DNA of 64,000 bases from an uncultured virus (IMG/VR IMGVR_UViG_3300007512_000010). Its lineage: Duplodnaviria > Heunggongvirae > Uroviricota > Caudoviricetes. The notes under the pieces were generated by a model. That model searched no databases and was not told the DNA's origin. It worked only from the letters and a program-made list of their open reading frames with translations. The position numbers were made by a program, and so were the translations under genes. The DNA lies in the IMG/VR virus record IMGVR_UViG_3300007512_000010, positions 1 to 64,000 of that record, one strand, 5' to 3'. Shown here piece after piece: positions 33,711 to 44,500 of this stretch. Position 1 is the first letter of the stretch; the number at the start of each line of letters is the position of its first letter.

Positions 33711-36700
33711 ATGGCTATTAAAGATCTAAAAAGATTTATGACCGAGCGGTTGCTCGATTTGGACCCAAACCTGAGTGAGTCCGAGGGCTCGCTTATGTTC
33801 CAGAAGGTCATTAATCCTTTAATGCGGCGTCTAGCTACAGACCCCACTACCGTAAATATTGAGACGTACATCATCTCTAGGTTGGAGGATGAATTTCCTC
33901 ACCTAGACGTAAATTCTCCTGGGTCTGTTCTTAGGGACGTTTTGGTGTCTCCTTTGATCATGCTTATGGAGCCGTTGCGTAGGGAGATTTACTTTCTTAA
34001 GCAGCAGCAATCCTTAGCAAACGCGCCGAGTCTCAACGAGTTTGAGATGGACGCAATACTCTCCAATGTTCTCACAATTCGAAATTACGGAGCAGAGGCC
34101 AGGGGCACAGTAAGGCTTTTCTTCAATACTCCGAGAACCGTGGCTTTAGACTCGTCCACAGTATTTTCCACAGCATCAGGCATCAACTTCCAACCGGATA
34201 TCCCTAAAACGTACTTTAAGGAGACGTTTATTCGCTCTGGGAAGCATTGGTATATCGACGTAGCGGTTTCATCCTCTGCGCCGGATGTTCTTGCCAATGT
34301 GGACAAGAATAAGATTAAGTTCGCAAACGGTATTGATGGGGTAGTTCGGGTAACAAACCTAGCTGCTATGAGCGGCGGGGTAACTAAAGAGACCAACGAA
34401 GACTTTTTAGTCAGAGCCGAGCGCTCGCTGTCGGAACGTTCCCTGAATACCGAAAGGGGTATCGAGACAGAACTGTACAACCAGTACGCAGATTTAGTTT
34501 CTCTTAAAGTTATCGGTTACGGACAACCAGAAATGATGCGGGACATCCTTACGGGTGAACCCATGCTGGATCTTAGTGAGGCTGTCGGTGACTTGATCTA
34601 TATGACTATGGATTGGGCAACCGTGCCTTTGGTGGCCGAGGGGCATGGTTCTACGAGTGAGAGTCTGACCTTCCCCTTCACAAACACCTTTCTCATGAAG
34701 GCCCCTGCTTCCGGGTGGGATGGTGACCTCAAGAACGCGATTAAATCTGCGCGATATGTACGGCTCGCGGATGGGAATCAGTACTTCACGAACAAGCTTC
34801 TTGGCCGAGTCCGTGTGGTTGACGCTGTCGAGGAGCACACGAATGGGGACCTGTATGTTCGTGTAAAAGACTTTGAGATGTACCCCAGGCCCGACTCAAT
34901 ATTTACGTTTAATAGTGTGAACCCGATGCCGGTTTACACCAGTTCCGCTAAGCACGGACTGAACATGCACTCTAAGCAGGGGTCTGATTTCAAGCTAGTC
35001 GGTTCCAACGAGGACGTAGACTATGTTGTTGGCGCACACCTACCCTTTACGGATCACGTTACGACCGACTTCAATGTTTTAGATGTCCCCGCCTCTGTGA
35101 TCCCAGGAAGGGACTTTTTGGTTCTTAGTAGGGAAGACGGACCAGAAACCTCTGAACATCTCCATCCTTACAAGCTGGTCGTTTACCCACTTCTTGACCA
35201 TTACGGGGCAGAAGATTTAGGTATCGCTCGGCAGGACTCGTTCCTCACCAGCAAAGAGAGAATTCTGTACAAGGGTGAAGAGGCCTTTGCTTTCGATCCT
35301 GACCTTGAGTACTCCGCAATGCGGGAGTACACGCACATCTATGAGTTTGGTGGACCGAAGCTCTCCGTTCTTACAGACGAGGGCGAGGAGGTAGCGTACA
35401 GCGGGGTAGATTTCGAAACGTACGGAAGACGCCCAGGGGTTTCCTTAGAGGGTAAGCTGGTCAACGAGACTGGTGCTGGGTCAGCCCCTGACCCTGATGA
35501 CGTGGTTGACGTAAACGCGGACGCATACGAATGCGATCTCATTTTGCACTACAACCAACCAACGTGGGTCAATATGAACATTGACGTTGGCCACTACGTT
35601 GCGTGCACCGCGTACCCCTCCAGATACGCGTTAGCTGGTGACCCAAACAGCTTTTTTGACTACTTAGGCGAACTAGAAGACGCGGGAGACTTGCTCCAGT
35701 GGCAGGCGTGGGGTCGAGTAAAGGCTGTTGGTTACGGTGACCCTTGGAGACTCCGTGTCGAGGGGATGGATTGGTCCAACCTTCAGGAATACCATATCAA
35801 TAGCTTCTCTCCTCAGGCTGAGGCCGAAGTTACTATTGAGCAGCCCTTTTCTCACTGGGGCTATGATGCCAGCCCCTGGGACGTTGGGGCGAAGGTTTCA
35901 TTGCGGTCTGTTCTCAATGGTGTGCATGACGCTGCTGAAGCGGACATCGCGCTGGATCTTACAAGCCAAATTTCTTCTGAGGGGGCTCAAGGCAAAACCT
36001 TCGGAATCACCCTAGACGCGGACCACATCGCGGCACAGCTTGAAGTCCAACTTCCTTTTGGCGCTATTCCCGGTGCTGGGGAGGATATTGGTATTGCCAT
36101 CATTGTTGAGGATCATCGGGAACGTAAGTATGGCTACGTAAACCAAGACGACACTGATGAGTTTATAGTCTTAGGCACGCGAGCAGGTGACGGGGTTACC
36201 GCGATTACGGTAGACGACGTAGTGTCCCTTTTGGACCAAGCACGTGTTCAATTATCGGGTCATCTGGCTGGTGCTGACGGGCAGCACATCGTCACTTTAG
36301 AGTTCAACGAGGACGACACCAACGTATTGGCCGACTTGATCTCCACCGCCACCGTCGCCAGCGATGCAGTACCAATGGACCTTAGGTCTATCTTTTACGC
36401 AGCCTTCGCTGACTCCACCGGTGCTATGAAGGATCATGCCTTTGTAGATATCATCTTTTTTAGTACATCTGATCATAATGACCAGTATTCTTGCGTAGAC
36501 GACAGCAGCGATTCCAAGGTGGCGGCACAAGATTTAATTGATGCTGGTTCCCCCTCGCCTACGGCTATGTGTGAGCATATTATCGCGCAAATAAACGTTG
36601 CACCTCATGATACGTACTTTGAAGCAGAACTAAATAGACCAGTCCCTCTCACTTCGGACTCTTCCTATCTGACAGACCCGTGTGGCTTCATTGTTAAGTC

Positions 36701-39700
36701 CGCGCATCTTGGTGGTAAGGGGAATGGTGGGCACGTTTGGGTATCCCAAACAATGGGATCCACCGGGCCTTCGGATGAAGAAGAAGGTTTCGTCTCGCTG
36801 TCCCTCTGGAACGGGAGTTACACCTCTTACACCGATACCGCCGACTACGGGAACATCAATGGTGGGTTCTCCGGTGGTTTTGGGCCACGTAAACAGGTTG
36901 TTGGTAAGGAGGAATTAGACATAAACGACGCAGACGCAACCTTTGATAATGATGGAGTCGATCAGGTTGACCCCGACCCCGACAACGTCGACAACGTTTC
37001 TGTCCCCGCTCCGTACCTCCCTTTCTTAGATGATGAGGACGTATATGGAGAGGAGTCTCCTTATGAGTTAGCGGTGACAATGGTCGCCTCGGACGCAACA
37101 GCGCTAGACGGACAGATTGACGCGGAAACAAGCGTAATCACTTTCAGTCTTGCAAATACCCCTGTTGCATATCCACTCCTTGTGGGGGAGTCGCCAACTG
37201 TTCGAATCCTTGTTGAGATGATCCTTCCCAACAGAGACTCTGACTACGTTGACCCGACCAGCGCCGCGACTGTTCCACATAGGGTTCGATTGGTTATCGA
37301 GGACGACGGTTCCGGTAATTTGGTTGAGTCCTCTTATTGGACGAATGCTGGTGCTCTTGCAGGTGTCTACGACCTTACCGGTAAGTTCCTAGACACGACC
37401 GGGACAAACGAGATCAACTACGCCACAGGCCAATGCCGCCTGACGTTCCTCTCTACAGGGGACGATGGTTCCGACCCAGGCATCGTGCTTGATGGTTGGG
37501 ACATTACTGGCGGAGGGTCCGAAGACCTTGAAATTGGTGACCTAAAGCCCCTTTACAGCGGTGAGCATGCGGGGAGTACCATCAAGTTCTATGCCGCGTA
37601 CACCTATGTATTTAGTCCCTATAGGCTCTTCTGGACAGTCTATCGAGGCATGACAGAGATGCTGTCCCCTGACGGGGTTGTTCTGCCCTCGTGGGACGAG
37701 TTTCAGTTCCTACCAGCGGCTAAGAACCCCTCTGTAGACCTGGGGACCACTTATGCCCCAATCCACGCTCCCGTAAATGCCCAGTACTTTGGTGATATGA
37801 GCGAGCTAAGTTTAGGAGGCAGTCCTTCCAGCGGGGTTTGGGAAGGAGAGATAAGCGATTTTAGCGGCGGTGCAAACGTATACGCATATGCGAACAGGCC
37901 GATTGGGACACTTACCCCGTTCTCAGGCAACGATTTTAAGGCAGTATGGATTCGTCTGAACAAGCCGTTCAACCTAGACCACGCCAGCATCGGGGGAACA
38001 CCCGCAGAGGCGTGCCTTAGTGCATCGGTTGCTAATTTGGTGGGTACGGTTGGTGACGGTGATGAAGAGTTACGGAGGACTAATTATACGGCCAAGCGGT
38101 ATCTGTATGAGAAGACCGTAGATATCACGCCGTCTGACTCGGACGAAACGTCACTTGTCCAGCCGCTAAGTTTACCGCTAGTTGGTGGGTCAACACGGTT
38201 GTCCGATGTCGATGAGGACACACCAGACGTCGACTTGGCTACGAATTCTTTAGCAAACCTACAGGGCCACGGGGGGTTCCTCATTCCCCATCCTATGGGT
38301 AAGGACTACGACACCCACTTCTCTTCCCCTGCTGCTGCACCAGATTGGTGTGATGACGCAAATGATTTGCTAGAGAACCAAGTGGTCCAGCTATACAACG
38401 CGCACCCAACAACTGGAGATGATGCGCTTATCAATGTGTCTGGTATTCCTGGATCTACTCCGTTTCCGGGGTTCTTTGGTGGCGGTCTATTAGTAGCTAA
38501 TAATGAAGTCCATATCGGCGGAATGACCGATGTATACCTGAAGCCAAGCACATCGACAGATACCACTACGGCCCCTGTGTTCATGCAGCCCGAGGACCCG
38601 TCAACTCTCTTTGAAGAGGGGGGACAGATTTTGGTCGCTGCTAGCGACGGTGTTGTAAACCCGTCTGTACAGCTATCGCATTTCTATAGCGCAGAGCTAG
38701 AAGCCGCATTGGCGAACCAATTTGGGTCATCTCCAAGGCCATTGGACAACCTAGTTCTTGAACTCCTTGATCCACCTTCGGCAGAACTACAGCCTACACA
38801 CTTCAGAATTGTTCACTCTGTCGCTGGTGGGGTTAAGATCGATGGTGCGTTCCCCGAAAGCCTCGGTCTTGGCTTTGAACACCTACGCTTTCGCGTTGTC
38901 GCTGAGTGTTCTACGAACCTTGCAACACCACTGATCGTACTGAAAAAGGGTACGGATCTCATCGTTACTGAGAACTCTCAGTCGGCGTATAGCCCATCTG
39001 GGTACGATTTTGCTGCGGTTCCTGGCTCGGTAGAGATGTTTTTGTACATCGACTCCGAGAAGAATAGGGGTGAGTACAAGATTACGGCGATTAACCTGAA
39101 CACCTTGATTCTTGAGAAGGCAATCCAAGAGTCAGATACAGGAGCGTCTTACCGGATTTACACAAAGCAAGCGACCGCAGTGCAGTACCCGCTTGTTCGA
39201 GTTAAGTCCGTGTCGCTCTCCGACTCAGATAACTCCGGTGTATCCGTGCCGTATCGGCACCCGGTTGATGTTGTTTCCAGTGATTTCACTGGGCTCAATG
39301 ACGACCCGATGACCCAAGCTACCTTTGGTGTAGACGGTGGGCAGCTATCTCTAGAGGCTGTTGATCTTAATCTGGATGGGGAACTTGATACCGACCCAGA
39401 AACTGAAACAGAGTTGGTTAAGCGGGCGTGCTTTACCCTTGAGAACACCATTAACTTAGCCGAGTACGGCGTATCTCTTTATGATGTTCTTCGTCTCGAC
39501 AGCATGGATGAAGAGGACAGGTATTGGTATGTAGAGGGCGTTATCGACGGCCATTGGCCTGTAGATGATTACTTGGATGCGAGCACTACCCTAGCGGACG
39601 CAACCTCGACAGACGCAGGTGAGGTTTATGTATCTGGTGCTTTGACGGTTAGGTCAGTAGACGCGGCTGATTGGAGTGGGACAATTGGCGCAGGGGATTT

Positions 39701-41552
39701 ATTTGTTCTTGATGATTACGCCGAAAACGGGACCTTCTTAATTGAGAGCGTTGACGTGTCTGGTGGGTTCACCTTAATAACCATCGATATCACGAGCAAT
39801 CCAGAGTACTCCGATGATTTGAATGGTTGGGGTGTGGATGCGACCCACCGTGTTCTCCACTATCGCGCCCTTGGTAAGAACAATAAGCTGGTTCTAGACC
39901 GGTACAAAGAGCTTCCAAGGGCGACAGACGCGCTTGAGTTTACGTTAGGCCACCCCTCTATCGGCACAGGGAAAGTCTACTTCAGGGACAAGACGTACTT
40001 TTTGGCGGGACCAGACACTGTATTCACGTACACAAACCCGGCTACCCAGAAAAAGTCGTATTTGCGGCCCTCCCCTGCGGAAAGCGCTGGGGTGTTTAAG
40101 TCGTTGTACAACACCACAGACCTAACGATCAGCAACAGTTTGTTGGCCGACCCAGATGATACGACACGGGTAATCCAATCCGAGCTTGTGGACTTCTTTA
40201 AACACGGAATTCAGCCCGGAGATAAGATCCAGATTTCCTCTAAGGTGATCTGGTCTGACGTATTTCGTGGTGATACGGACCTAACGGGCGTTGAATACGA
40301 GGAAGACGAGAGCCTCATGGTCGGTGGAAAGACCATGGCCGTAGACGTCAACGGGTCAATGCGTACTTGTACGTTTAGTGGACCAAACCCAATGACGTTG
40401 GATGACGTTGTTGCGGATATGAACCGACAACTAGGTGATGTGCTGAGGGCGGATGTGTACGAGTTCGACCCAGAGGGGACGCCCGAGCAATACGTAATCC
40501 GCCTATCTTCCGCTAACGACCTAAAACTTCTTACGCAGGGAACGATTGGGATTCTAGAACAGGACGGTATCCGGTTCGTCACCCAGCGGGACAATACTCC
40601 GGACCCAAGACTCATTCGGGAGTTCACCGTTTCTAAGCTTGAGTACGAAGAGCCCTATACAGACTTTGTCACGGGCGATCTTGTTCCAGCCAAGTACCAA
40701 CTCTGGATGACGAAGGAGTCTGCGTACGGTGATGCCGGGGACGGTAAAATCAAAGAATACATGCAGAACGAGGTTACTGGTGGAGCCTGGGGAAGCTCAG
40801 GTGGTGGCCCAGGAGTCAAGGACTTTGAAGAGGTGTTTATCGAGGTTTATCGAGAGAAGTACCAGGGTGTGTTCCCATCCGAATTAGAATCAGACGATTC
40901 TGGTTTGTTTTCGGCTGTTTTTAGGCTCACTTCTTACGACCCGAACATCACTGGCGGTATCGTTCCAGACGATACGCAGTTAACAGTGGATGGGTACACT
41001 TCTCTTGGGTATGACATCGTAGTCAGCAACGATAACTACTCGTATTCGATGGGCGAGGACTCCAGTCTACGCGTGACGTCGGTCGTGCTTGATGTATCCG
41101 ATGACTCTTTTGAGTTTGTATACGAAGTGGCTGGGTCGTCTGTAGTCATCAATTACGACCGAGCACAGGTCGTACATGATGTACAAAACTACCTTCTCAA
41201 CAAAACGATGAGGGTCGTTTGTAACAACCCACTCGCTCGTCACTTTTTTCCGGCGTATCCGATGATGTCCATCGTCTGTTCTGGTGGGAAGTTAACAAAC
41301 ACCGAGCTAAAGGATTACATCTCTGAGTTTTTGTCATCTTTGTATCCGAACAAGCCTTTAGAGCTATTTGATCTATCGTCGGTTTTGACAAGGCGTGGTG
41401 TGACTTACACGAGGTTTCCGCAGGAGGCGTCTTTCTTGACGTACGGGGCGGATAGGAAGATTAGGGTTGCTCGTAGTAAGGACATCGTCTTTCTGGGAAA
41501 CCAGTACCACATAATGGAAGACCTCACGCTGGTTAAGGTTAACGGAGTTTAG
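33711..41552 (+). CDS. Giant baseplate J/gp6-like wedge protein (2613 aa)
   Basis: N-terminal SPGSVLRDVLVSP...AEARGTVRLFF...VRVTNLAAMSGGVTKETNEDFLVRAERSL are baseplate J motifs; follows the gp25-like gene. Confidence 0.75.
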   Translation: MAIKDLKRFMTERLLDLDPNLSESEGSLMFQKVINPLMRRLATDPTTVNIETYIISRLEDEFPHLDVNSPGSVLRDVLVSPLIMLMEPLRREIYFLKQQQSLANAPSLNEFEMDAILSNVLTIRNYGAEARGTVRLFFNTPRTVALDSSTVFSTASGINFQPDIPKTYFKETFIRSGKHWYIDVAVSSSAPDVLANVDKNKIKFANGIDGVVRVTNLAAMSGGVTKETNEDFLVRAERSLSERSLNTERGIETELYNQYADLVSLKVIGYGQPEMMRDILTGEPMLDLSEAVGDLIYMTMDWATVPLVAEGHGSTSESLTFPFTNTFLMKAPASGWDGDLKNAIKSARYVRLADGNQYFTNKLLGRVRVVDAVEEHTNGDLYVRVKDFEMYPRPDSIFTFNSVNPMPVYTSSAKHGLNMHSKQGSDFKLVGSNEDVDYVVGAHLPFTDHVTTDFNVLDVPASVIPGRDFLVLSREDGPETSEHLHPYKLVVYPLLDHYGAEDLGIARQDSFLTSKERILYKGEEAFAFDPDLEYSAMREYTHIYEFGGPKLSVLTDEGEEVAYSGVDFETYGRRPGVSLEGKLVNETGAGSAPDPDDVVDVNADAYECDLILHYNQPTWVNMNIDVGHYVACTAYPSRYALAGDPNSFFDYLGELEDAGDLLQWQAWGRVKAVGYGDPWRLRVEGMDWSNLQEYHINSFSPQAEAEVTIEQPFSHWGYDASPWDVGAKVSLRSVLNGVHDAAEADIALDLTSQISSEGAQGKTFGITLDADHIAAQLEVQLPFGAIPGAGEDIGIAIIVEDHRERKYGYVNQDDTDEFIVLGTRAGDGVTAITVDDVVSLLDQARVQLSGHLAGADGQHIVTLEFNEDDTNVLADLISTATVASDAVPMDLRSIFYAAFADSTGAMKDHAFVDIIFFSTSDHNDQYSCVDDSSDSKVAAQDLIDAGSPSPTAMCEHIIAQINVAPHDTYFEAELNRPVPLTSDSSYLTDPCGFIVKSAHLGGKGNGGHVWVSQTMGSTGPSDEEEGFVSLSLWNGSYTSYTDTADYGNINGGFSGGFGPRKQVVGKEELDINDADATFDNDGVDQVDPDPDNVDNVSVPAPYLPFLDDEDVYGEESPYELAVTMVASDATALDGQIDAETSVITFSLANTPVAYPLLVGESPTVRILVEMILPNRDSDYVDPTSAATVPHRVRLVIEDDGSGNLVESSYWTNAGALAGVYDLTGKFLDTTGTNEINYATGQCRLTFLSTGDDGSDPGIVLDGWDITGGGSEDLEIGDLKPLYSGEHAGSTIKFYAAYTYVFSPYRLFWTVYRGMTEMLSPDGVVLPSWDEFQFLPAAKNPSVDLGTTYAPIHAPVNAQYFGDMSELSLGGSPSSGVWEGEISDFSGGANVYAYANRPIGTLTPFSGNDFKAVWIRLNKPFNLDHASIGGTPAEACLSASVANLVGTVGDGDEELRRTNYTAKRYLYEKTVDITPSDSDETSLVQPLSLPLVGGSTRLSDVDEDTPDVDLATNSLANLQGHGGFLIPHPMGKDYDTHFSSPAAAPDWCDDANDLLENQVVQLYNAHPTTGDDALINVSGIPGSTPFPGFFGGGLLVANNEVHIGGMTDVYLKPSTSTDTTTAPVFMQPEDPSTLFEEGGQILVAASDGVVNPSVQLSHFYSAELEAALANQFGSSPRPLDNLVLELLDPPSAELQPTHFRIVHSVAGGVKIDGAFPESLGLGFEHLRFRVVAECSTNLATPLIVLKKGTDLIVTENSQSAYSPSGYDFAAVPGSVEMFLYIDSEKNRGEYKITAINLNTLILEKAIQESDTGASYRIYTKQATAVQYPLVRVKSVSLSDSDNSGVSVPYRHPVDVVSSDFTGLNDDPMTQATFGVDGGQLSLEAVDLNLDGELDTDPETETELVKRACFTLENTINLAEYGVSLYDVLRLDSMDEEDRYWYVEGVIDGHWPVDDYLDASTTLADATSTDAGEVYVSGALTVRSVDAADWSGTIGAGDLFVLDDYAENGTFLIESVDVSGGFTLITIDITSNPEYSDDLNGWGVDATHRVLHYRALGKNNKLVLDRYKELPRATDALEFTLGHPSIGTGKVYFRDKTYFLAGPDTVFTYTNPATQKKSYLRPSPAESAGVFKSLYNTTDLTISNSLLADPDDTTRVIQSELVDFFKHGIQPGDKIQISSKVIWSDVFRGDTDLTGVEYEEDESLMVGGKTMAVDVNGSMRTCTFSGPNPMTLDDVVADMNRQLGDVLRADVYEFDPEGTPEQYVIRLSSANDLKLLTQGTIGILEQDGIRFVTQRDNTPDPRLIREFTVSKLEYEEPYTDFVTGDLVPAKYQLWMTKESAYGDAGDGKIKEYMQNEVTGGAWGSSGGGPGVKDFEEVFIEVYREKYQGVFPSELESDDSGLFSAVFRLTSYDPNITGGIVPDDTQLTVDGYTSLGYDIVVSNDNYSYSMGEDSSLRVTSVVLDVSDDSFEFVYEVAGSSVVINYDRAQVVHDVQNYLLNKTMRVVCNNPLARHFFPAYPMMSIVCSGGKLTNTELKDYISEFLSSLYPNKPLELFDLSSVLTRRGVTYTRFPQEASFLTYGADRKIRVARSKDIVFLGNQYHIMEDLTLVKVNGV

Positions 41553-41554
41553 TA

Positions 41555-44500
41555 ATGTCGTTACCGGTCTCAACAAAATGGGATAGGATCGATTACTCCT
41601 TCCGAGCCGAAACGGGTGGTGAGGGGTACACCGAAGGCTCCCGCCTGTTCTCAGATGTGGATTATCATCTAGAGGCAGAGTCCTTTATCCAGTACCCCAA
41701 CGTGCTTATCGAAGAGGGTTTTGTTTATCTAAACGCGTTAACCTCGGAGAGGATTAATGCCGTAAAGGAAGTTTCCTCGGTCGTAACTAGCGCGGAAATT
41801 GTTGGCGGAATCCCCGAGAACTTCACTATTGAGTTCGACATCTATCTCACAGATGACGCGCTACCTAAGTCTTTTACCGACACAGAGAACCGCTTATTTG
41901 TGGGGGCGATAAACGTTCAGGGGTCCTCTGCTGGGTTCTTGTTTTCATACGATGGGATTGCGTACGCGACACACCCTACGGACCCAGCACCTTCCATATT
42001 AGCTGGTAGTAAAAACCTACTGTTCAGTGATGACGGTACGGTAAGAGATGGTGTTTTTCTTCGGGCTGTCCTGAATGGTGAAGATGACAGGATGTATGTG
42101 TACACATCGTCCTCGGACTCCGCCTATCTAACGGCTTCCCCAGAGCAGACAGAAGCTTCATTGATGTGGTCTGTGAAGGCCAGGGCTGCGGGGGGCCAAT
42201 ATTCTGATGCGGTAATCTTTCACGCATCGAGTAGGTCGGCAGCACAGCAGTTGTTCGACAAGCCTGATTTGGTGGAAGCAGAGGGCCAAGACGTATCCTT
42301 TGCCTTGGGCTCCTTCCGTATGTCTGGGTCCAAGGTTCTTCCGGTTGACAGGCCAACAGCCGTTGCAACGGGAGATCTACAGGTTGTGGTCGGTTCCGCT
42401 CTACAACTAGACGGGTTGGGAAGTTTTGACTCGGAGGGGCGACAACTTACCTATGATTGGGAGTTTGAGCTAAAACCTACCGGGAGCAAGGCGCGTATGC
42501 AGGGGGCGGCGTACGCCTCTACGGTTTTGTATCGAGTAGAGGAGGATGAAAGCACCACTGATGTGGTAACGCTTACTTTTGATGAGCCTTCGTCAAAGTA
42601 CAATACCTACAAAGCCGTTGTTACAGTTGGGGAGCCCAACAGTCTGCTGACCATGGATTTAGACCATGAAGCGGAGACCCTTTACATAGTTCTTGGGGCC
42701 GACTCTGACGGCGAAGTCAATGTGTCTGGTTCTGATCTCGTTGAGGGGTTCTATAACTCTAAAGCAGCCGGGTTCAACATAACTATCTCTGGGGGAGAGC
42801 TTTCAGAGGTTGATAGGTCTTCTGAAGATGGCGCAAAGATAGTCGTAAGGCAGTACCCAAGAGAGGTTCGGGCATCCTTAACCGCACCAGAGTCGTCTGG
42901 GCTGGAGATGCTTCAAGCCGGGACGTTCTCTTTCTCCGGTGGGGCGGGGTCTCGGTTGTCGACCCCACTGGTTATTCCGGACGTGGTTGGCTCATATATT
43001 GTTAGCCTCACGGTCTATAACAATGTTCGCTACAGCGATAAGACCAAGCTGGCCTTTTCTGTAACGCTCACAGAGCAGCTTTTAGGGCACAGGCCGAATT
43101 CGGAGTACATTTTTAAGTACCTCCCCGACTTCTGGAACATGGTTAAGGATAAACAACATTTAACCGCGCTTTGGTCGTCTATTACGCAGGTTCTTTCATC
43201 AGAGATGATGTCTCTTTGGCAGAATGATTACGCAAAGGCGCTAAAGGACACTGTCAGAAAGTACCAGCGGAGGTGGATACAGCACGAAATTTCTGAGTAC
43301 TGGCCTGCGGATGAGCCAGCCACGCTGAGCGAGTTCGACGAGTCTATTCTACTAGACCTATCGGTCACTGAGCCGATTGAGGGAACCCACAACACCCTAG
43401 CTACAGTTAGTAGCGCAGAGATTTACCAGCCACTTGTTCCCGGCAAGGCGCTCCTGTACAGCGACATCTCTCCACCAGAGGTAATCGATATTACCAGCGT
43501 TACCTACACAGAGGATGATGATTCTACTTGGGAGATTGTCACCTCTCTCGCTAGTTTCCCTGTGTACAAGCTGATTGATGACCGTACCGGAGGGTACTTC
43601 GTTCGAGACCTGGAGGACATAACGCCGACCACGCCCCTTGTAAGCTCAGTACTGTACGACCCCACTTATCCTTTTGTTCAGATCAATAGTGAGGTAGACC
43701 GGGTTCGTTTGTATAAGACGGATGGGTCCGATGTTGTGGTTTCTGTGACCGCGTACGATGTGGGTGGTGTGAAGAACACCATACGGTTGGATTTGGAAGA
43801 AGATGAAGCCGTTGATGGTGTTGCTAGGAGTTGGGAGCACCTGCGCGTCGCCCAATACACAAAGGTCATCCAGAGTTCCTACATCACCCTCCCCGACACC
43901 AGTTCGTTAAAGGAAACTTACGTAGTTGGTGATTACGTGACTCTCCGAGTTGTCGATCCGTATACCAGTGGGGACATCGATGTAACGTTAACGATCCTCG
44001 CGATAGACGGCCAGGACATCTTTGTTGAGTGGTACGATCTTCTTGTGGCGCTTAATGGGGCTGCGTTGCTTAATGGGGATGAGCGTGTATGGGTCCATGC
44101 CGACCTGCCTGAATTGGACTGGGTTTTTCGGAAGGTAACTATGCACAATCGGACGCACGCGTCTGAGGACCTAGTCAATATCCCCTTCCTCGGCACAGAC
44201 ACGGTGAAAAACGCGGGCGTGTATCGAGAGTTTCTGGATTATGACGTCAAAGACACCCGGATCTATTTTGACAATTTGATTGAGGGGACGGCTTCAATCT
44301 CTGATGGGACCAGGGTTAAGTTGGACCCAAACTTCCTTCAACATGCGCTTATTTCCCCGTACTGCGACACCAAGAAGGTGCTCGATTTTGAAGAAGCAGC
44401 GGGGCTGGGGTTATCCTGTCTAGTTATAGAGAACGGTCCTGCCGGGGTTTACCAAATTCTTGGGTATGACGAGGATACCGGTGAGTTTATTATTAATTCG

